Shown piece by piece: positions 7,604 through 15,964 of a stretch of DNA of 43,772 bases. The position numbers were made by a program, and so were the translations under genes. The stretch covers positions 1 through 43,772 of the forward strand of contig JANMWE010000272.1 of NCBI GenBank assembly GCA_031393795.1, in the 5' to 3' direction. The notes beneath the pieces are model-generated. The model was not told the origin of the DNA and made no database searches. It was given only the letters and a program-made list of their open reading frames with translations. Within the stretch, counting starts at the first letter, position 1; each line of letters starts with the position of its first letter. The DNA is from Gemmatimonadota bacterium (GTDB taxonomy: Bacteria; Gemmatimonadota; Gemmatimonadetes; Gemmatimonadales; GWC2-71-9).

Positions 7604-8790
7604 TGGATCCCACGTCCCTCTACGGCACCCCGAACGCGCTGGCGCGGCACTACGCGCGCTTCCGGGTCTCGGAGCGGCTCCTGCTCTCGGGCCATTCGCA
7701 TCAGGCGTGGCCCGACGTCGGATTCACGGCGCAGTCCGATGCCTGGCTGGATGCGGCGGAGCTGGTCGACGACAAGTGGGGCAAGGCGTTTGACAAGGCG
7801 GAGTTGGTCAAGGCGGGATTCGCCCGATCGCTGGGCGATGCCGGCGGCGGCATCGCACTCGGCGCGAACACGCACGAACTCCTTGTCCGTCTCCTCTCTG
7901 GTCTCCCCCTCAGGTCTCGTCCTCGGCTGGTCACCACGGACGGGGAATTCCACACCATCCGCCGCCAGCTCGATCGGCTGACCGAGGAAGGGGTGGAGGT
8001 CGTGAAGGTGCCCGAGGCGCCAGTGGAGAGCCTCGCTGAGCGGATGGCGACGGCGGTGGATGATCGCACCGCGCTGGTGCTCGTCTCGGCGGTCTTCTTC
8101 GATACCGGTCGGATCGCACGGAGGCTGCGCTTCGTGGCGGAACGGTGCCGGGCGAAGGGCGCCGCCCTGCTCGTCGACACCTACCACGCCCTGAACGTCC
8201 TTCCCTTCTCCCTGGCCGAGGAGGGATTGCTCGACGCCTACGTCATCGGCGGCGGCTACAAGTACTGCCAGCTCGGCGAGGGGAACTGTTTCCTCAGGAT
8301 CCCTGCGACCTGCGACCTGCGACCGGTGATCACGGGGTGGTACAGCGAATTCACCGCGTTGGCCGACAAGGCCCGGCCAGGCCAGGTGGCATACGGCGAA
8401 GGGGGGGAGCGCTTTGCGGGCGCCACCTACGATCCGACCAGCCACTACCGGGCCGCGGCCGTGTTCGACTTCTTCCAGCGGCAACAGCTCACCCCGGCGT
8501 TCCTCCGCGAGGTGAGCCAGCACCAGATCGGCGTCCTGGCGCGCGCTTTCGACGCGCTCGACCTCGATCCCGGGGTCGTGACACGGGACCAGAGCGTCCC
8601 ACTCGGCGAGATCGGCGGATTCCTCGCGCTGCGGTCCCCCGTCGCGATGGCATTGACGGACAAGCTGCACGCCCGCGGTCTGTTCACCGACGCGCGTGGG
8701 GATGTGCTGCGGTTCGGCCCGGCGCCCTATCTGAGCGACCAGCAGCTCCGGGACGCAATGGGGATCCTCGGCGAAGTGGCGAAGCTGTAG
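7603..8790 (+). CDS. kynU: Kynureninase-family PLP-dependent enzyme
   Basis: The ATG at 7603 overlaps the kynA stop (TGATG). GGGYKYCQLGEGNCFL aligns with the kynureninase PLP-lysine block (YKYLNGGPG), and PVITGWYSEF aligns with the GWFGH block. It sits directly after kynA. Confidence 0.75.
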   Translation: MDPTSLYGTPNALARHYARFRVSERLLLSGHSHQAWPDVGFTAQSDAWLDAAELVDDKWGKAFDKAELVKAGFARSLGDAGGGIALGANTHELLVRLLSGLPLRSRPRLVTTDGEFHTIRRQLDRLTEEGVEVVKVPEAPVESLAERMATAVDDRTALVLVSAVFFDTGRIARRLRFVAERCRAKGAALLVDTYHALNVLPFSLAEEGLLDAYVIGGGYKYCQLGEGNCFLRIPATCDLRPVITGWYSEFTALADKARPGQVAYGEGGERFAGATYDPTSHYRAAAVFDFFQRQQLTPAFLREVSQHQIGVLARAFDALDLDPGVVTRDQSVPLGEIGGFLALRSPVAMALTDKLHARGLFTDARGDVLRFGPAPYLSDQQLRDAMGILGEVAKL

Positions 8791-8919
8791 TCAAGGACTG
8801 AGGTCTCACCCAAACAAGGAGCCGTCCCGAACGGAGTGAGGGACCTAGCCAGAGCGAGCCAGGGCCCTCGTTTCACCAGGGAAGGTCCCGGCGCCACGCT
8901 GAAATGCGATCGAGCCTAC

Positions 8920-10839
8920 TCAGCCCAGCGCGGTCCACTCCTCCATCGCCCGGTCCAGCTGGGCCTTCCTGGCGCGCAGCTCTCCATCCAGTTTCTTCGC
9001 TTCCTTCGCGCCGTTCGGCTGCTGGTAGAGCGCCGGATCGGCGAGCTTCGCCTCCAGCCCCTTGATCTCCCCTTCCAGCGTGTGCACCCGCTGTTCCGCC
9101 GCCTCCCGCTTCCGGACGGCGTTCCGCTCGTCCGCCTGCTTCGTCCGACGTGCCTCGTCCGGCTTCTGGTCGATCTTCGGCCGCTTCGCTTCCGCCTTCT
9201 TCTCTTCGGCCGCCGTCACCCGGGCCTGCTTCTCCCGCGAGGTCTTGAACGCCTCCCACTCCTCGAACGTCCCCTCGACATCCTCGATCCGCCCCTGGTC
9301 GAGGGACCAGACCCGGGTCACGAGGTTCCGGAGCAAGGCCCGGTCGTGACTCACGAGGATGATGGTCCCATCGTACTCCGCGAGGCTCTCTTCCAGCGAT
9401 TCGATCGACTCGACGTCCAGGTGGTTGGTCGGCTCGTCGAAGATCAGCAGGTTCGCCTCGATCAGCGCCATCATCGCGAGCCCCACGCGCGCCCGCTCGC
9501 CGCCGGAGAGCGACCCGGTCTCCCGCTGCACGGTCTCTCCCGAGAAGCCGAAGACCCCCAGGTGATTCTGCACCGCACCGCGGGTCCACTTGGGGCGGAG
9601 GTCGGCGATGATGTCGAAGATGGTCTTGTCCGACGGGACCTGACCGAGGTCCTGCTGGTAGTAGCCCACCATCGTGCCGTCGCCGATCTTCACCGTCCCC
9701 CCTTCGGCCGGACGCTCCCCCAGCAGCGTCTTGAGCAGCGTCGACTTCCCCGCCCCGTTCGATCCGACGAACCCGATCACATCGCCCCGCTTGATCCGAC
9801 TGGTGAAGCGGTCGAGCAGGACCCGGTCGCCGATCGCCACCTTCACGTTCTCGGCCACCAGCACCTGGTCGCCACCGCGGCTCCCCGCATTCAGGGTGAA
9901 GGCGCTCACCCCCGCCTCTCCCCTCGGGGCCGAAAGGCGCGGAATGTTGTCGAGCCGGCGCTTGCGGCCGCGGGCGTTGGTCGCGTTGAACCCGGCGGCG
10001 TTCCGCCGGATGTAGTCCTCTTCCCGGGCGATGGCCGAGGACTGCTTCTCGAAGGCGCGGGTCGCCGCCAGCCGCCGCTCGACCCGGACCTGCACGAAGG
10101 TGCTGTACTTGCCGGGGTAGGGCGTGGCCGAGCCGCTTTCGACGTGCAGAATGTGGTCGACCACCCGCTCGAGGAAGTCGCGATCGTGGGTCACGACGAT
10201 CACGGTCTCGGAGAGCCCCTTGAGGTATCCCTCGAGCCAGGTGGTGGTCTCGAGGTCGAGGTGGTTGGTCGGCTCATCGAGCAGGAGCATGTCGCACGGT
10301 TCGACCAGCTGACGCACCAGGCCGAGGCGCCCCCGCTCGCCGCCGCTGAGGACGTGGACCGGGGTGACCTTGGCGATCGTGGGGTCGAACCCGAGTCCTT
10401 GGAGCACCGCATCCACGCGGGCGTGCGCCTGGTAGCCCCCTTCGTGCTCGAAGCGCTCGAGGTCGTCGGCGTAGCGCTGCAGGATCTCCGGGGTACAGGC
10501 GTCGCCGAGCTCGGCCAGCCGGTGCCCCTGGGCCTCGATATCCCGCTCGAGTTGAAAGAGCTCGGCGTACGCCAGCGCGGCCGCGTCCCAGACGCTCCGG
10601 GCCCCGGCGAAGTCGCGGTGCTGGTCGAGCAGGGCGATGCGGAGCCCCGCCTGACGGGAGACCGACCCGACCGTCGGCTTCAGGTCACCGGTGATGAGGT
10701 TGAAGATCGTGGTCTTCCCGCTGCCATTGCGCCCGACGACCCCCCACTTCTCCCCCGCCTCGACGGTGAAGGTCACGTCCTTGAGCAGGTCGGTGGAGCC
10801 ATAGCTCACCCCGACCCCGCCGATCGACAGCTGTGCCAC
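8920..10839 (-). CDS. ABC-F family ATPase (two ABC domains plus C-terminal coiled coil; Uup/YheS-like)
   Basis: Two Walker A motifs (GRNGSGKTT, GSNGAGKST), two LSGGE signatures and two Walker B motifs (LLLDEPTNHLD, LIFDEPTNHLD), plus a Lys/Glu-rich coiled-coil tail. Start set at GTG 10839 (GAAGGGG SD 5 nt upstream). TTG at 10887 is the alternative. Confidence 0.9.
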   Translation of the reverse strand: MAQLSIGGVGVSYGSTDLLKDVTFTVEAGEKWGVVGRNGSGKTTIFNLITGDLKPTVGSVSRQAGLRIALLDQHRDFAGARSVWDAAALAYAELFQLERDIEAQGHRLAELGDACTPEILQRYADDLERFEHEGGYQAHARVDAVLQGLGFDPTIAKVTPVHVLSGGERGRLGLVRQLVEPCDMLLLDEPTNHLDLETTTWLEGYLKGLSETVIVVTHDRDFLERVVDHILHVESGSATPYPGKYSTFVQVRVERRLAATRAFEKQSSAIAREEDYIRRNAAGFNATNARGRKRRLDNIPRLSAPRGEAGVSAFTLNAGSRGGDQVLVAENVKVAIGDRVLLDRFTSRIKRGDVIGFVGSNGAGKSTLLKTLLGERPAEGGTVKIGDGTMVGYYQQDLGQVPSDKTIFDIIADLRPKWTRGAVQNHLGVFGFSGETVQRETGSLSGGERARVGLAMMALIEANLLIFDEPTNHLDVESIESLEESLAEYDGTIILVSHDRALLRNLVTRVWSLDQGRIEDVEGTFEEWEAFKTSREKQARVTAAEEKKAEAKRPKIDQKPDEARRTKQADERNAVRKREAAEQRVHTLEGEIKGLEAKLADPALYQQPNGAKEAKKLDGELRARKAQLDRAMEEWTALG

Positions 10840-10963
10840 ATCCACCCCTTCGAAAAGAGCTCCGGAGACCTGCCGCTGCGGCCGCAAGAATAACGCAGTG
10901 GAGGTGCGGGTGGCAGGCGTGGTCCATCACCCGGGCCGATCGGGAGGGGCCACGAGCGGACGA

Positions 10964-10995
10964 GAACGGGGGAGCGCAGCGGCGCTCCCCCGTTC
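10964..10995 (-). terminator. Perfect 14-bp hairpin after lipoprotein paralogue 1
   Basis: GAACGGGGGAGCGC-AGCG-GCGCTCCCCCGTTC, 23 nt past the stop at 11018. A diverged copy follows paralogue 2. Confidence 0.5.
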
Positions 10996-11017
10996 CCTGC
11001 CCTTCGCCCGCCACAGA

Positions 11018-11773
11018 TCAGGGCGCGTTGTCGTCGTGCCCGTCGTGATTGTCGTCCTCGAACGCCTTGAACGAGTTCTTGATGTTCTCGTGGACCAGCG
11101 ATTCGTTCACCCCGCTGGCGCCGGCCGTCGCTGGATCGACCAGCGTTGCGCCGTTCTTGAACCAGGTCGCGAGGTCGACGAAGAGCGTGAAGGTGGTCGC
11201 GCCGTCCGTCACCGCGATCGGCGTGGCGAACTCGATCTCCTGCTCGACGTCGAGCCCGGTGGTATAGGTGAACGGCGTCCCGTTGAACTGACCCACCACC
11301 CGAATGCTCACGCCGCTGTATCCAGGATGCGCCGCGAGGAAGGCCGCGTCACCCGATTCGGCCTGGTGGATCTCGAACTGCACCTTCGAGTACGTGCCGG
11401 TATCGATCGCGACCGTGAACTGGCGCTCGGCACCCGCGGTGCCTAGCGGAAGATCGATGAGGAACGGCCCGAGCTTCAACTCCTCACAGCCATCTTCGCT
11501 GGTGGAGAGGGAATCGCAGGCAATGGCCACGGTCCGCTTCAACTCGAGCTTCCGGACCACGACGAAGACCGAGTCCAGCGAGAGGGTGTCACCGCTGGTA
11601 TCGGTGTAGACCTCGGACATGAACGGAGCGGCAGTGCCGAGCCCCGGCGCGGCCACGGGGGTCGCGCGGGTGGACAGTGCGAATCCTACGCGTGGCGTCG
11701 TATCAGGACCGCCACTGCAGGCAGCGATCGCGAACACCCCCGCAACGCCCGCAAGTGTGAATCGACGGATCAT
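11018..11773 (-). CDS. Putative lipoprotein, paralogue 1 (beta-rich, possibly DUF4382-like; His/Asp-rich C-terminal tail)
   Basis: The ATG at 11773 is preceded by AAGGAGG. Lipobox AIAAC|SG. About half the residues are identical by eye to the next gene. The tail reads FEDDNHDGHDDNAP. Confidence 0.75.
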   Translation of the reverse strand: MIRRFTLAGVAGVFAIAACSGGPDTTPRVGFALSTRATPVAAPGLGTAAPFMSEVYTDTSGDTLSLDSVFVVVRKLELKRTVAIACDSLSTSEDGCEELKLGPFLIDLPLGTAGAERQFTVAIDTGTYSKVQFEIHQAESGDAAFLAAHPGYSGVSIRVVGQFNGTPFTYTTGLDVEQEIEFATPIAVTDGATTFTLFVDLATWFKNGATLVDPATAGASGVNESLVHENIKNSFKAFEDDNHDGHDDNAP

Positions 11774-11897
11774 TTGACCTCCTTGACCTGGGTTATGCGC
11801 GCCTCGGGGAGGGCGCTGTAAGAAGAGTACAGCCGGACGGACCGAAGTATCTGTGAGGACGATCACTTCATGTGTGAATCTTGAAGTGCTGACGGGA

Positions 11898-11929
11898 GAA
11901 CGGGGGAGTGTACCGGCGCTCCCCCATTC
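11898..11929 (-). terminator. Diverged copy of the 10964 hairpin, after lipoprotein paralogue 2
   Basis: GAACGGGGGAGTG-TACCG-GCGCTCCCCCATTC. The flanks also align with the 10961-11017 region, so the duplication included the terminator. Confidence 0.4.
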
Positions 11930-11952
11930 CTTGCCCCTCGGACCGCGATGCT

Positions 11953-12783
11953 TCAGGTCCCTTCGTGATCGTCGTGACCGTCGTGGTCACCATCCTCAAA
12001 TGCGTGGAACGAACGGACGATGTTCTGGTGGACCACGGTGGCATTCGCTCCCCCGTCCCCTGCGGTCGCAGGATCGATGAGCGAGCCGTCCACGGCCCGG
12101 AACCACCCCGACAGGTCGACGAAGAGCGTGAAGCTCGTCGGTGCATCACCCACGACCAGCGGCGGGTTGAAGCGCACTTCTTGCACGTCCGTCACCCCGG
12201 TCGTGAAGATGAAGGGCGTGCCATTCCAGCGGCCCGCCACCCGGATGCTCACACCGGCGTACTCCGGATGCGCCGCAAGGAAAGCGGCGTCGTTGGCCCC
12301 TTCGGGCTTGTGGATCTGGAACTTCACCCGGGAGTAGGTCCCCGTGTCGACGGTCACGCTGAACTGCTGAAGCGCACCGCTCGAATCCAGCGGCAGGGCG
12401 ATCAGGAAGGGCCCGAGTTTGAGCTCGTTGCAGTCGTCGTCCGCGCTCTCGGACTCCGCCGTGTCCGATGAGGCCAAGCCCGAGTCGGGCGCATCGCCGC
12501 CGAGCGAGTCATGATCCATTTCGCCGCTCTGTGCGCAGGCGGAATTGGCGGGTCCGCCCTCGAGCTTGAGCTTCCGCACCACCACGAACACCGAGTCGAC
12601 CACGAGCGAGTCACCGCTCGGATCGGAGAAGATCTGCGCCGCCATGAGGGACGAAGTGACCGAGGGTGCGGCCGCCTTCGTCGCCAGGGCGAATCCTACC
12701 TGGGAAGTGCCACTCGGTCCGGAATCACCGCAGGCCGCGAGCACGACAACACCGGCCGCCGCGGCGATGGATAGATATCGCAT
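11953..12783 (-). CDS. Putative lipoprotein, paralogue 2 (carries an extra acidic Ser/Asp insert; His/Asp-rich tail)
   Basis: ATG at 12783. Lipobox VLAAC|GD. Blocks shared with paralogue 1: DSVFVVVRKL.L, ELKLGPFLI.LPL, VDTGTYS.V.F.IH, AAFLAAHP, GVSIRV.G..NGTPF, TLFVDL..WF. The tail reads FEDGDHDGHDDHEGT. Confidence 0.75.
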   Translation of the reverse strand: MRYLSIAAAAGVVVLAACGDSGPSGTSQVGFALATKAAAPSVTSSLMAAQIFSDPSGDSLVVDSVFVVVRKLKLEGGPANSACAQSGEMDHDSLGGDAPDSGLASSDTAESESADDDCNELKLGPFLIALPLDSSGALQQFSVTVDTGTYSRVKFQIHKPEGANDAAFLAAHPEYAGVSIRVAGRWNGTPFIFTTGVTDVQEVRFNPPLVVGDAPTSFTLFVDLSGWFRAVDGSLIDPATAGDGGANATVVHQNIVRSFHAFEDGDHDGHDDHEGT

Positions 12784-12953
12784 GAAGGTTTCCTTTGACT
12801 TGAGTCGAACTGCCCCCGACCCGTGGGGAGCGTGCAGTGTAACCTGGGGCTGTCTCCCCGCCTGTGACGAACAACCCATACCGTATGATACCGGAGGCTT
12901 GGCCCTAGATTGCGGTACTTAACGCCCGCAAGCCCCGCGCAACGCGGGGAGAG

Positions 12954-12959
12954 TATTTT
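12954..12959 (+). promoter_or_regulatory. -10-like TATTTT box 5 nt upstream of the sufE ATG
   Basis: Reads GAGTATTTTGGGGTATG with no SD. The palindrome CCCCGCG-CAA-CGCGGGG (12933-12949) lies immediately upstream. Confidence 0.25.
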
Positions 12960-12964
12960 GGGGT

Positions 12965-13381
12965 ATGCCCGACTTCGATAAACTGATCTCCCGCTACAAG
13001 GGGCTCGACCGGAACACCCGCCTCGAGGCCCTCTTGGACTGGTCGAAGAAGCTCCCCGACCTCCCGGTCGAGCTTCTCCCCCTCAAGGAGCAAGGGGTGG
13101 GATTGGTGCACGAATGCCAGACCCCCGTCTTCCTCTATGTCGAGGTGCCGGACGGCAAGGTGGCGATCCACGCCGATGTGCCGCGCGAATCTCCGACCGT
13201 GCGCGGATTCCTGGCGCTCCTCATCACCCAGCTCAACGGCGCCACCCCCACGGAAGTGGCGGCGACGCCGAACGATCTCCTCGAACAGCTCGGTCTGTCA
13301 CAGGACCTGGGGATGACCCGGACGCAGGGGCTGACAGCCATCCTTGGCAGGATCAAGGCGGCCGTGCGGTCGAAGAGTTAG
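12965..13381 (+). CDS. sufE: SufE-family sulfur acceptor protein
   Basis: 138 aa. Contains the SufE/CsdE layout with the conserved Cys block (LVHECQTPVFLYV) and C-terminal LTAILGRIK. Confidence 0.85.
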   Translation: MPDFDKLISRYKGLDRNTRLEALLDWSKKLPDLPVELLPLKEQGVGLVHECQTPVFLYVEVPDGKVAIHADVPRESPTVRGFLALLITQLNGATPTEVAATPNDLLEQLGLSQDLGMTRTQGLTAILGRIKAAVRSKS

Positions 13382-13453
13382 GAGTTGGGAGTTGGGAGGG
13401 GTGCCGCAAGGAGTTCAGTGCAGCATCCCTTCAAACTCCTGACTCCCAGCTCC
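13381..13453 (+). repeat. HP1: heptad-built hairpin (GGAGTTG units) filling the sufE/rhodanese intergenic gap
   Basis: The left arm GGAGTTGGGAGTTGGGAG (13381-13398) pairs with CTCCTGACTCCCAGCTCC (13436-13453). That is 15 Watson-Crick pairs plus 3 G-U pairs on the + strand RNA; the same 3 positions would be A-C mismatches on the - strand RNA. It abuts both stop codons. Confidence 0.7.
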
Positions 13454-14338
13454 TCACCGCTCGATCGGCACTCCCACGCTGTTTCCCCACTCCGTCCAGC
13501 TCCCATCGTAGTTCCGCACCTTGCCATACCCTAGCAGGTAGGTGAGCGCGAACCAGCTGTGGCTCGAGCGCTCGCCGATGCGGCAGTAGACCACCACGTC
13601 GTCGCCGGCGCGGAGACCTTGCTCCTGCTCATAGAGTGTCTTGAGCTCCGCGGCGGAACGGTAGGTGTGGGTCGCGGGATCGACCGCCTTGGCCCAGGGG
13701 ATGCTCCTGGCGCCGGGGATATGGCCGCCCCGCACCGCCCCTTCGTTGGGGTAGTCGGGCATGTGGAGCCGCTCGCCGCGATACTCCTCGTGGCTCCGCA
13801 CGTCCACCAGCTTCCCCTTCCCCCGCACGTGGGCCTCGACCTCGCTTCGCAGCGCCCGGACCCGCGGATCATTCCGCGGACCGACGGTCACGGTGCCGCT
13901 CCGGGGACCCGTCTTCTCCGTCACCATGGGCCGACCCTCTTCCACCCAGCGCAGCCGCCCCCCGTCGAGCACTTTCACGTTGGGGAGCGCAAAGAGCTGG
14001 AAGACCCAGAAGGCGTACGTGGCCCACCAGTTGTTCTTGTCGCCGTAGAGCACGATGGTGGTGTCAGGGTCCACGCCGGCCGTGCGGAGGAACTGCTGCA
14101 GCGCCTCTCGGCCGACGAAATCCCGCACCACCGGATCGTTCAGGTCATTGAGCCAGTCGATCTTGATCGCGCCTGGGATGTGTCCCGTCTCGTAGAGGAG
14201 GAGGTCTTCGTTGGCCTCGAAGAGCCGGACCTTGGGATCGTTCAGGTGCGCCGCGACCCAGGCGGTGTCGACCAGCACGTCGGGGTGGGCATACCCGCGC
14301 TGCGCGATGGGAGTGACGGGGGGAAGAGTGGCGGACAT
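13454..14338 (-). CDS. Thiosulfate/3-mercaptopyruvate sulfurtransferase (tandem rhodanese domains)
   Basis: 294 aa with two rhodanese domains. Active-site loop is CRIGERSS, with GHIPGA motifs in both halves. SD GAGGAG lies 5 nt upstream of the ATG at 14338. Confidence 0.9.
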   Translation of the reverse strand: MSATLPPVTPIAQRGYAHPDVLVDTAWVAAHLNDPKVRLFEANEDLLLYETGHIPGAIKIDWLNDLNDPVVRDFVGREALQQFLRTAGVDPDTTIVLYGDKNNWWATYAFWVFQLFALPNVKVLDGGRLRWVEEGRPMVTEKTGPRSGTVTVGPRNDPRVRALRSEVEAHVRGKGKLVDVRSHEEYRGERLHMPDYPNEGAVRGGHIPGARSIPWAKAVDPATHTYRSAAELKTLYEQEQGLRAGDDVVVYCRIGERSSHSWFALTYLLGYGKVRNYDGSWTEWGNSVGVPIER

Positions 14339-14353
14339 CCTTGCTCCTCTGGC

Positions 14354-14423
14354 GGCTGGGCGTTGGGTGCTGGGTGCTGGGTGCTGGGTGCTGGGTGCTG
14401 GGTGCTGGATGCTGGGTGCTGGG
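14354..14423. repeat. TR2: about 10 tandem copies of the heptamer TGCTGGG (no inverted partner found)
   Basis: The units run GGCTGGG CGTTGGG TGCTGGG x5 TGCTGGA TGCTGGG x2. The array sits between the divergent rhodanese (start 14338) and PAP2 (start 14485) genes. The G3-N4 periodicity gives a textbook G-quadruplex motif on the + strand. Confidence 0.9.
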
Positions 14424-14484
14424 ATTGAATTACGAGTAAACTAGTCGGATTGTCAACCCGAAGAGGGAGCTATTTTATGGCTTG

Positions 14485-15429
14485 ATGACGGCCCCCTTCT
14501 CCCTGCGCCGCGCACGCTTTTCGTTGTCGCGGGACGCCACCTCGTTGTCGCCCCTCGACCGGCTTACCCTGGTCTATGTGGCGTTCACCACCGGGGTGGT
14601 CATCGCGCATCTCCTGGGCTGGCGGCACGGGGGGCTGCCGCGGCAGCTCGGCGGGACGATGCTCCTCGCCAACGGATTGCTCCTGGTCGCCGCCGCGGTG
14701 GCGCCGCGGGCGCGGTGCGCCAGGTCGCGGGGGTTCATCGCCGAGTGGTACGCGGCGATCGTGCTGATCGGGCTCTATGCCGTGGTGGGACTTCTCAATG
14801 ATCCGACCTCGGGACCGGCGCCTTCGTTCGACCTGGTGGTCCAGGGGTGGGACCTCCGGCTCTTCGGGGAGCAGATCGCCTACACCTGGCCGCGCGCCTG
14901 GCCGAATCACTGGGTGGCCGAGTTCCTTTCGCTCTGCTACCTCTCGTTCTACGCGGTAGGCATCGCCTGTCCGGCGGTCCTCTGGTCCATCGGCCGGAAG
15001 GCGGAGGCGCGCCAGGCGATCTTCGCGCTGCTCCTCACCATGTTCAGCTGCTACGCGATCTTCCTCCTCTTCCCGGTGGCCGGGCCGCCGTACTTCTGGC
15101 CCTGGGCGGAAGGACCGGCCTGGACCGGTCCGTTCGTCCAGGCCGCGCGTCACGTCATCAACCGGGGCGATTCCTGGGGCTCCGCCTTCCCTTCCAGCCA
15201 CGTGGCGGGGGCGGTGGTGGCCTTGGTCTTCGCGTTCAAGGGGTGGCGTCCACTCGGCTGGATCCTGCTGGTCCCCGTGGTGGGGATCCTCGTCGCCGTC
15301 GTGTATCTCCAGATCCACTACGGCATCGACGCGCTGGCGGGGCTCGGGATGGCGGCGCTCGTTGCGGTCATCGCGCCGCGGTTCTGCCCTCTGAACCTGG
15401 CGACGGAGCAGGAGCAGCCGCCGGCATAA
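14485..15429 (+). CDS. PAP2-superfamily integral membrane phosphatase/phosphotransferase
   Basis: Multiple TM segments. PAP2 motifs are SFPSSHVAGA and IHYGIDAL. TATTTT lies 8 nt upstream of the ATG at 14485, with TTGTCA 15 nt further up. Confidence 0.8.
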   Translation: MTAPFSLRRARFSLSRDATSLSPLDRLTLVYVAFTTGVVIAHLLGWRHGGLPRQLGGTMLLANGLLLVAAAVAPRARCARSRGFIAEWYAAIVLIGLYAVVGLLNDPTSGPAPSFDLVVQGWDLRLFGEQIAYTWPRAWPNHWVAEFLSLCYLSFYAVGIACPAVLWSIGRKAEARQAIFALLLTMFSCYAIFLLFPVAGPPYFWPWAEGPAWTGPFVQAARHVINRGDSWGSAFPSSHVAGAVVALVFAFKGWRPLGWILLVPVVGILVAVVYLQIHYGIDALAGLGMAALVAVIAPRFCPLNLATEQEQPPA

Positions 15430-15453
15430 ATCGTTCGGCCACATTAAATGACG

Positions 15454-15487
15454 AAAGGCCCCCGCCAGCCGATGCGGGGGGGCCTTC
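15454..15487. terminator. Hairpin between PAP2 (+) and tRNA-Ile (-)
   Basis: AAAGGCCCCCGC-CAGCCGAT-GCGGGGGGGCCTT, flanked by A/T runs on both sides, so it is compatible with bidirectional termination. Confidence 0.6.
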
Positions 15488-15513
15488 GCTCGACTGTTGG
15501 CTGCCGGCTTCCA

Positions 15514-15587
<74 letters not shown>

Positions 15588-15663
15588 TGCAAGCTCCAGG
15601 GACCGTCCCCGGAGCGGAGGGCAAGAATAAGCCCGCGAGGGCCCTATTTCAACCGGCGGGCCT

Positions 15664-15690
15664 GTAGGGCGGGACGCCCCCGCCCCGCCG
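15664..15690. repeat. REP-like GC palindrome, same family as 43361-43491
   Basis: TAGGGCGGGACGCCCCCGCCCCGCC compares with TAGGGCGGGGCGCCTCGCCCCGCC at 43364. Confidence 0.4.
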
Positions 15691-15704
15691 TGCCAGCCCT
15701 ACTG

Positions 15705-15737
15705 GAGTAGGCCCGCGCCTGCGGCGCAGGCCTACTC
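15705..15737 (-). terminator. Hairpin overlapping the stop of the acidic small ORF
   Basis: GAGTAGGCC(C)GCGCC-TGC-GGCGC(A)GGCCTACTC. The right arm includes the stop codon at 15732-15734. Confidence 0.5.
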
Positions 15738-15944
15738 CTCGTCCTCGCCGAGCGCGACGTCGTCGAGGTCATCCTCGTCGTCATCGTCGTCGTCGTCCTC
15801 GTCCTCATCGTCGTCGTCGAAGAGATCGTCCTCGTCCTCATCCTCGTCGAAATCGTACTCGCCATCTTCGAACTCGTTGCCGTCGTCGTCCAGCGGACGG
15901 CGCCGCAGTTCGATGGTCCCGAGCGACTCCTCCCAGGCGAACAT
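15732..15944 (-). CDS. Highly acidic small protein (about 70 aa, C-terminal two thirds almost entirely Asp/Glu)
   Basis: Lies immediately downstream of typA. The ATG at 15944 is preceded by GGAGGG with a 7-nt spacer; ATG at 15959 is the alternative. Sequence: MFAWEESLGTIELRRRPLDDDGNEFEDGEYDFDEDEDEDDLFDDDDEDEDDDDDDDEDDLDDVALGEDEE. The low-complexity sequence leaves other frames open, so coding is not certain. Confidence 0.5.
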   Translation of the reverse strand: MFAWEESLGTIELRRRPLDDDGNEFEDGEYDFDEDEDEDDLFDDDDEDEDDDDDDDEDDLDDVALGEDEE

Positions 15945-15964
15945 CGTCGCACCCTCCATGGTGG

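Noticed and set aside
8791-8919. Possible additional hairpin element in the kynU/ABC-F convergent gap
   Set aside because: I found only short (5-6 bp) stems and a CCAGGG direct repeat. There is no clear tandem-unit arm structure, so it is not counted with the heptad hairpin class.
14354-14423. The tandem repeat arrays (this one and 30645-30735) considered as CRISPR arrays
   Set aside because: The units are 7 bp with no spacers between them and no cas genes nearby. They are microsatellite-like tandem repeats, not CRISPR.
13559-14428. + strand ORF ending in [21 protein letters not shown]
   Set aside because: It is antisense to the rhodanese gene, and its repetitive end is the TGCTGGG array translated.
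15644-15952. Alternative-frame ORF (Thr/Arg/Met-rich, 102 aa) across the acidic-ORF region
   Set aside because: It is a low-complexity by-product of the GAC/GAG/GAT repeats. It has no SD and crosses the terminator hairpin. The Asp/Glu frame has an SD and a normal N-terminus.
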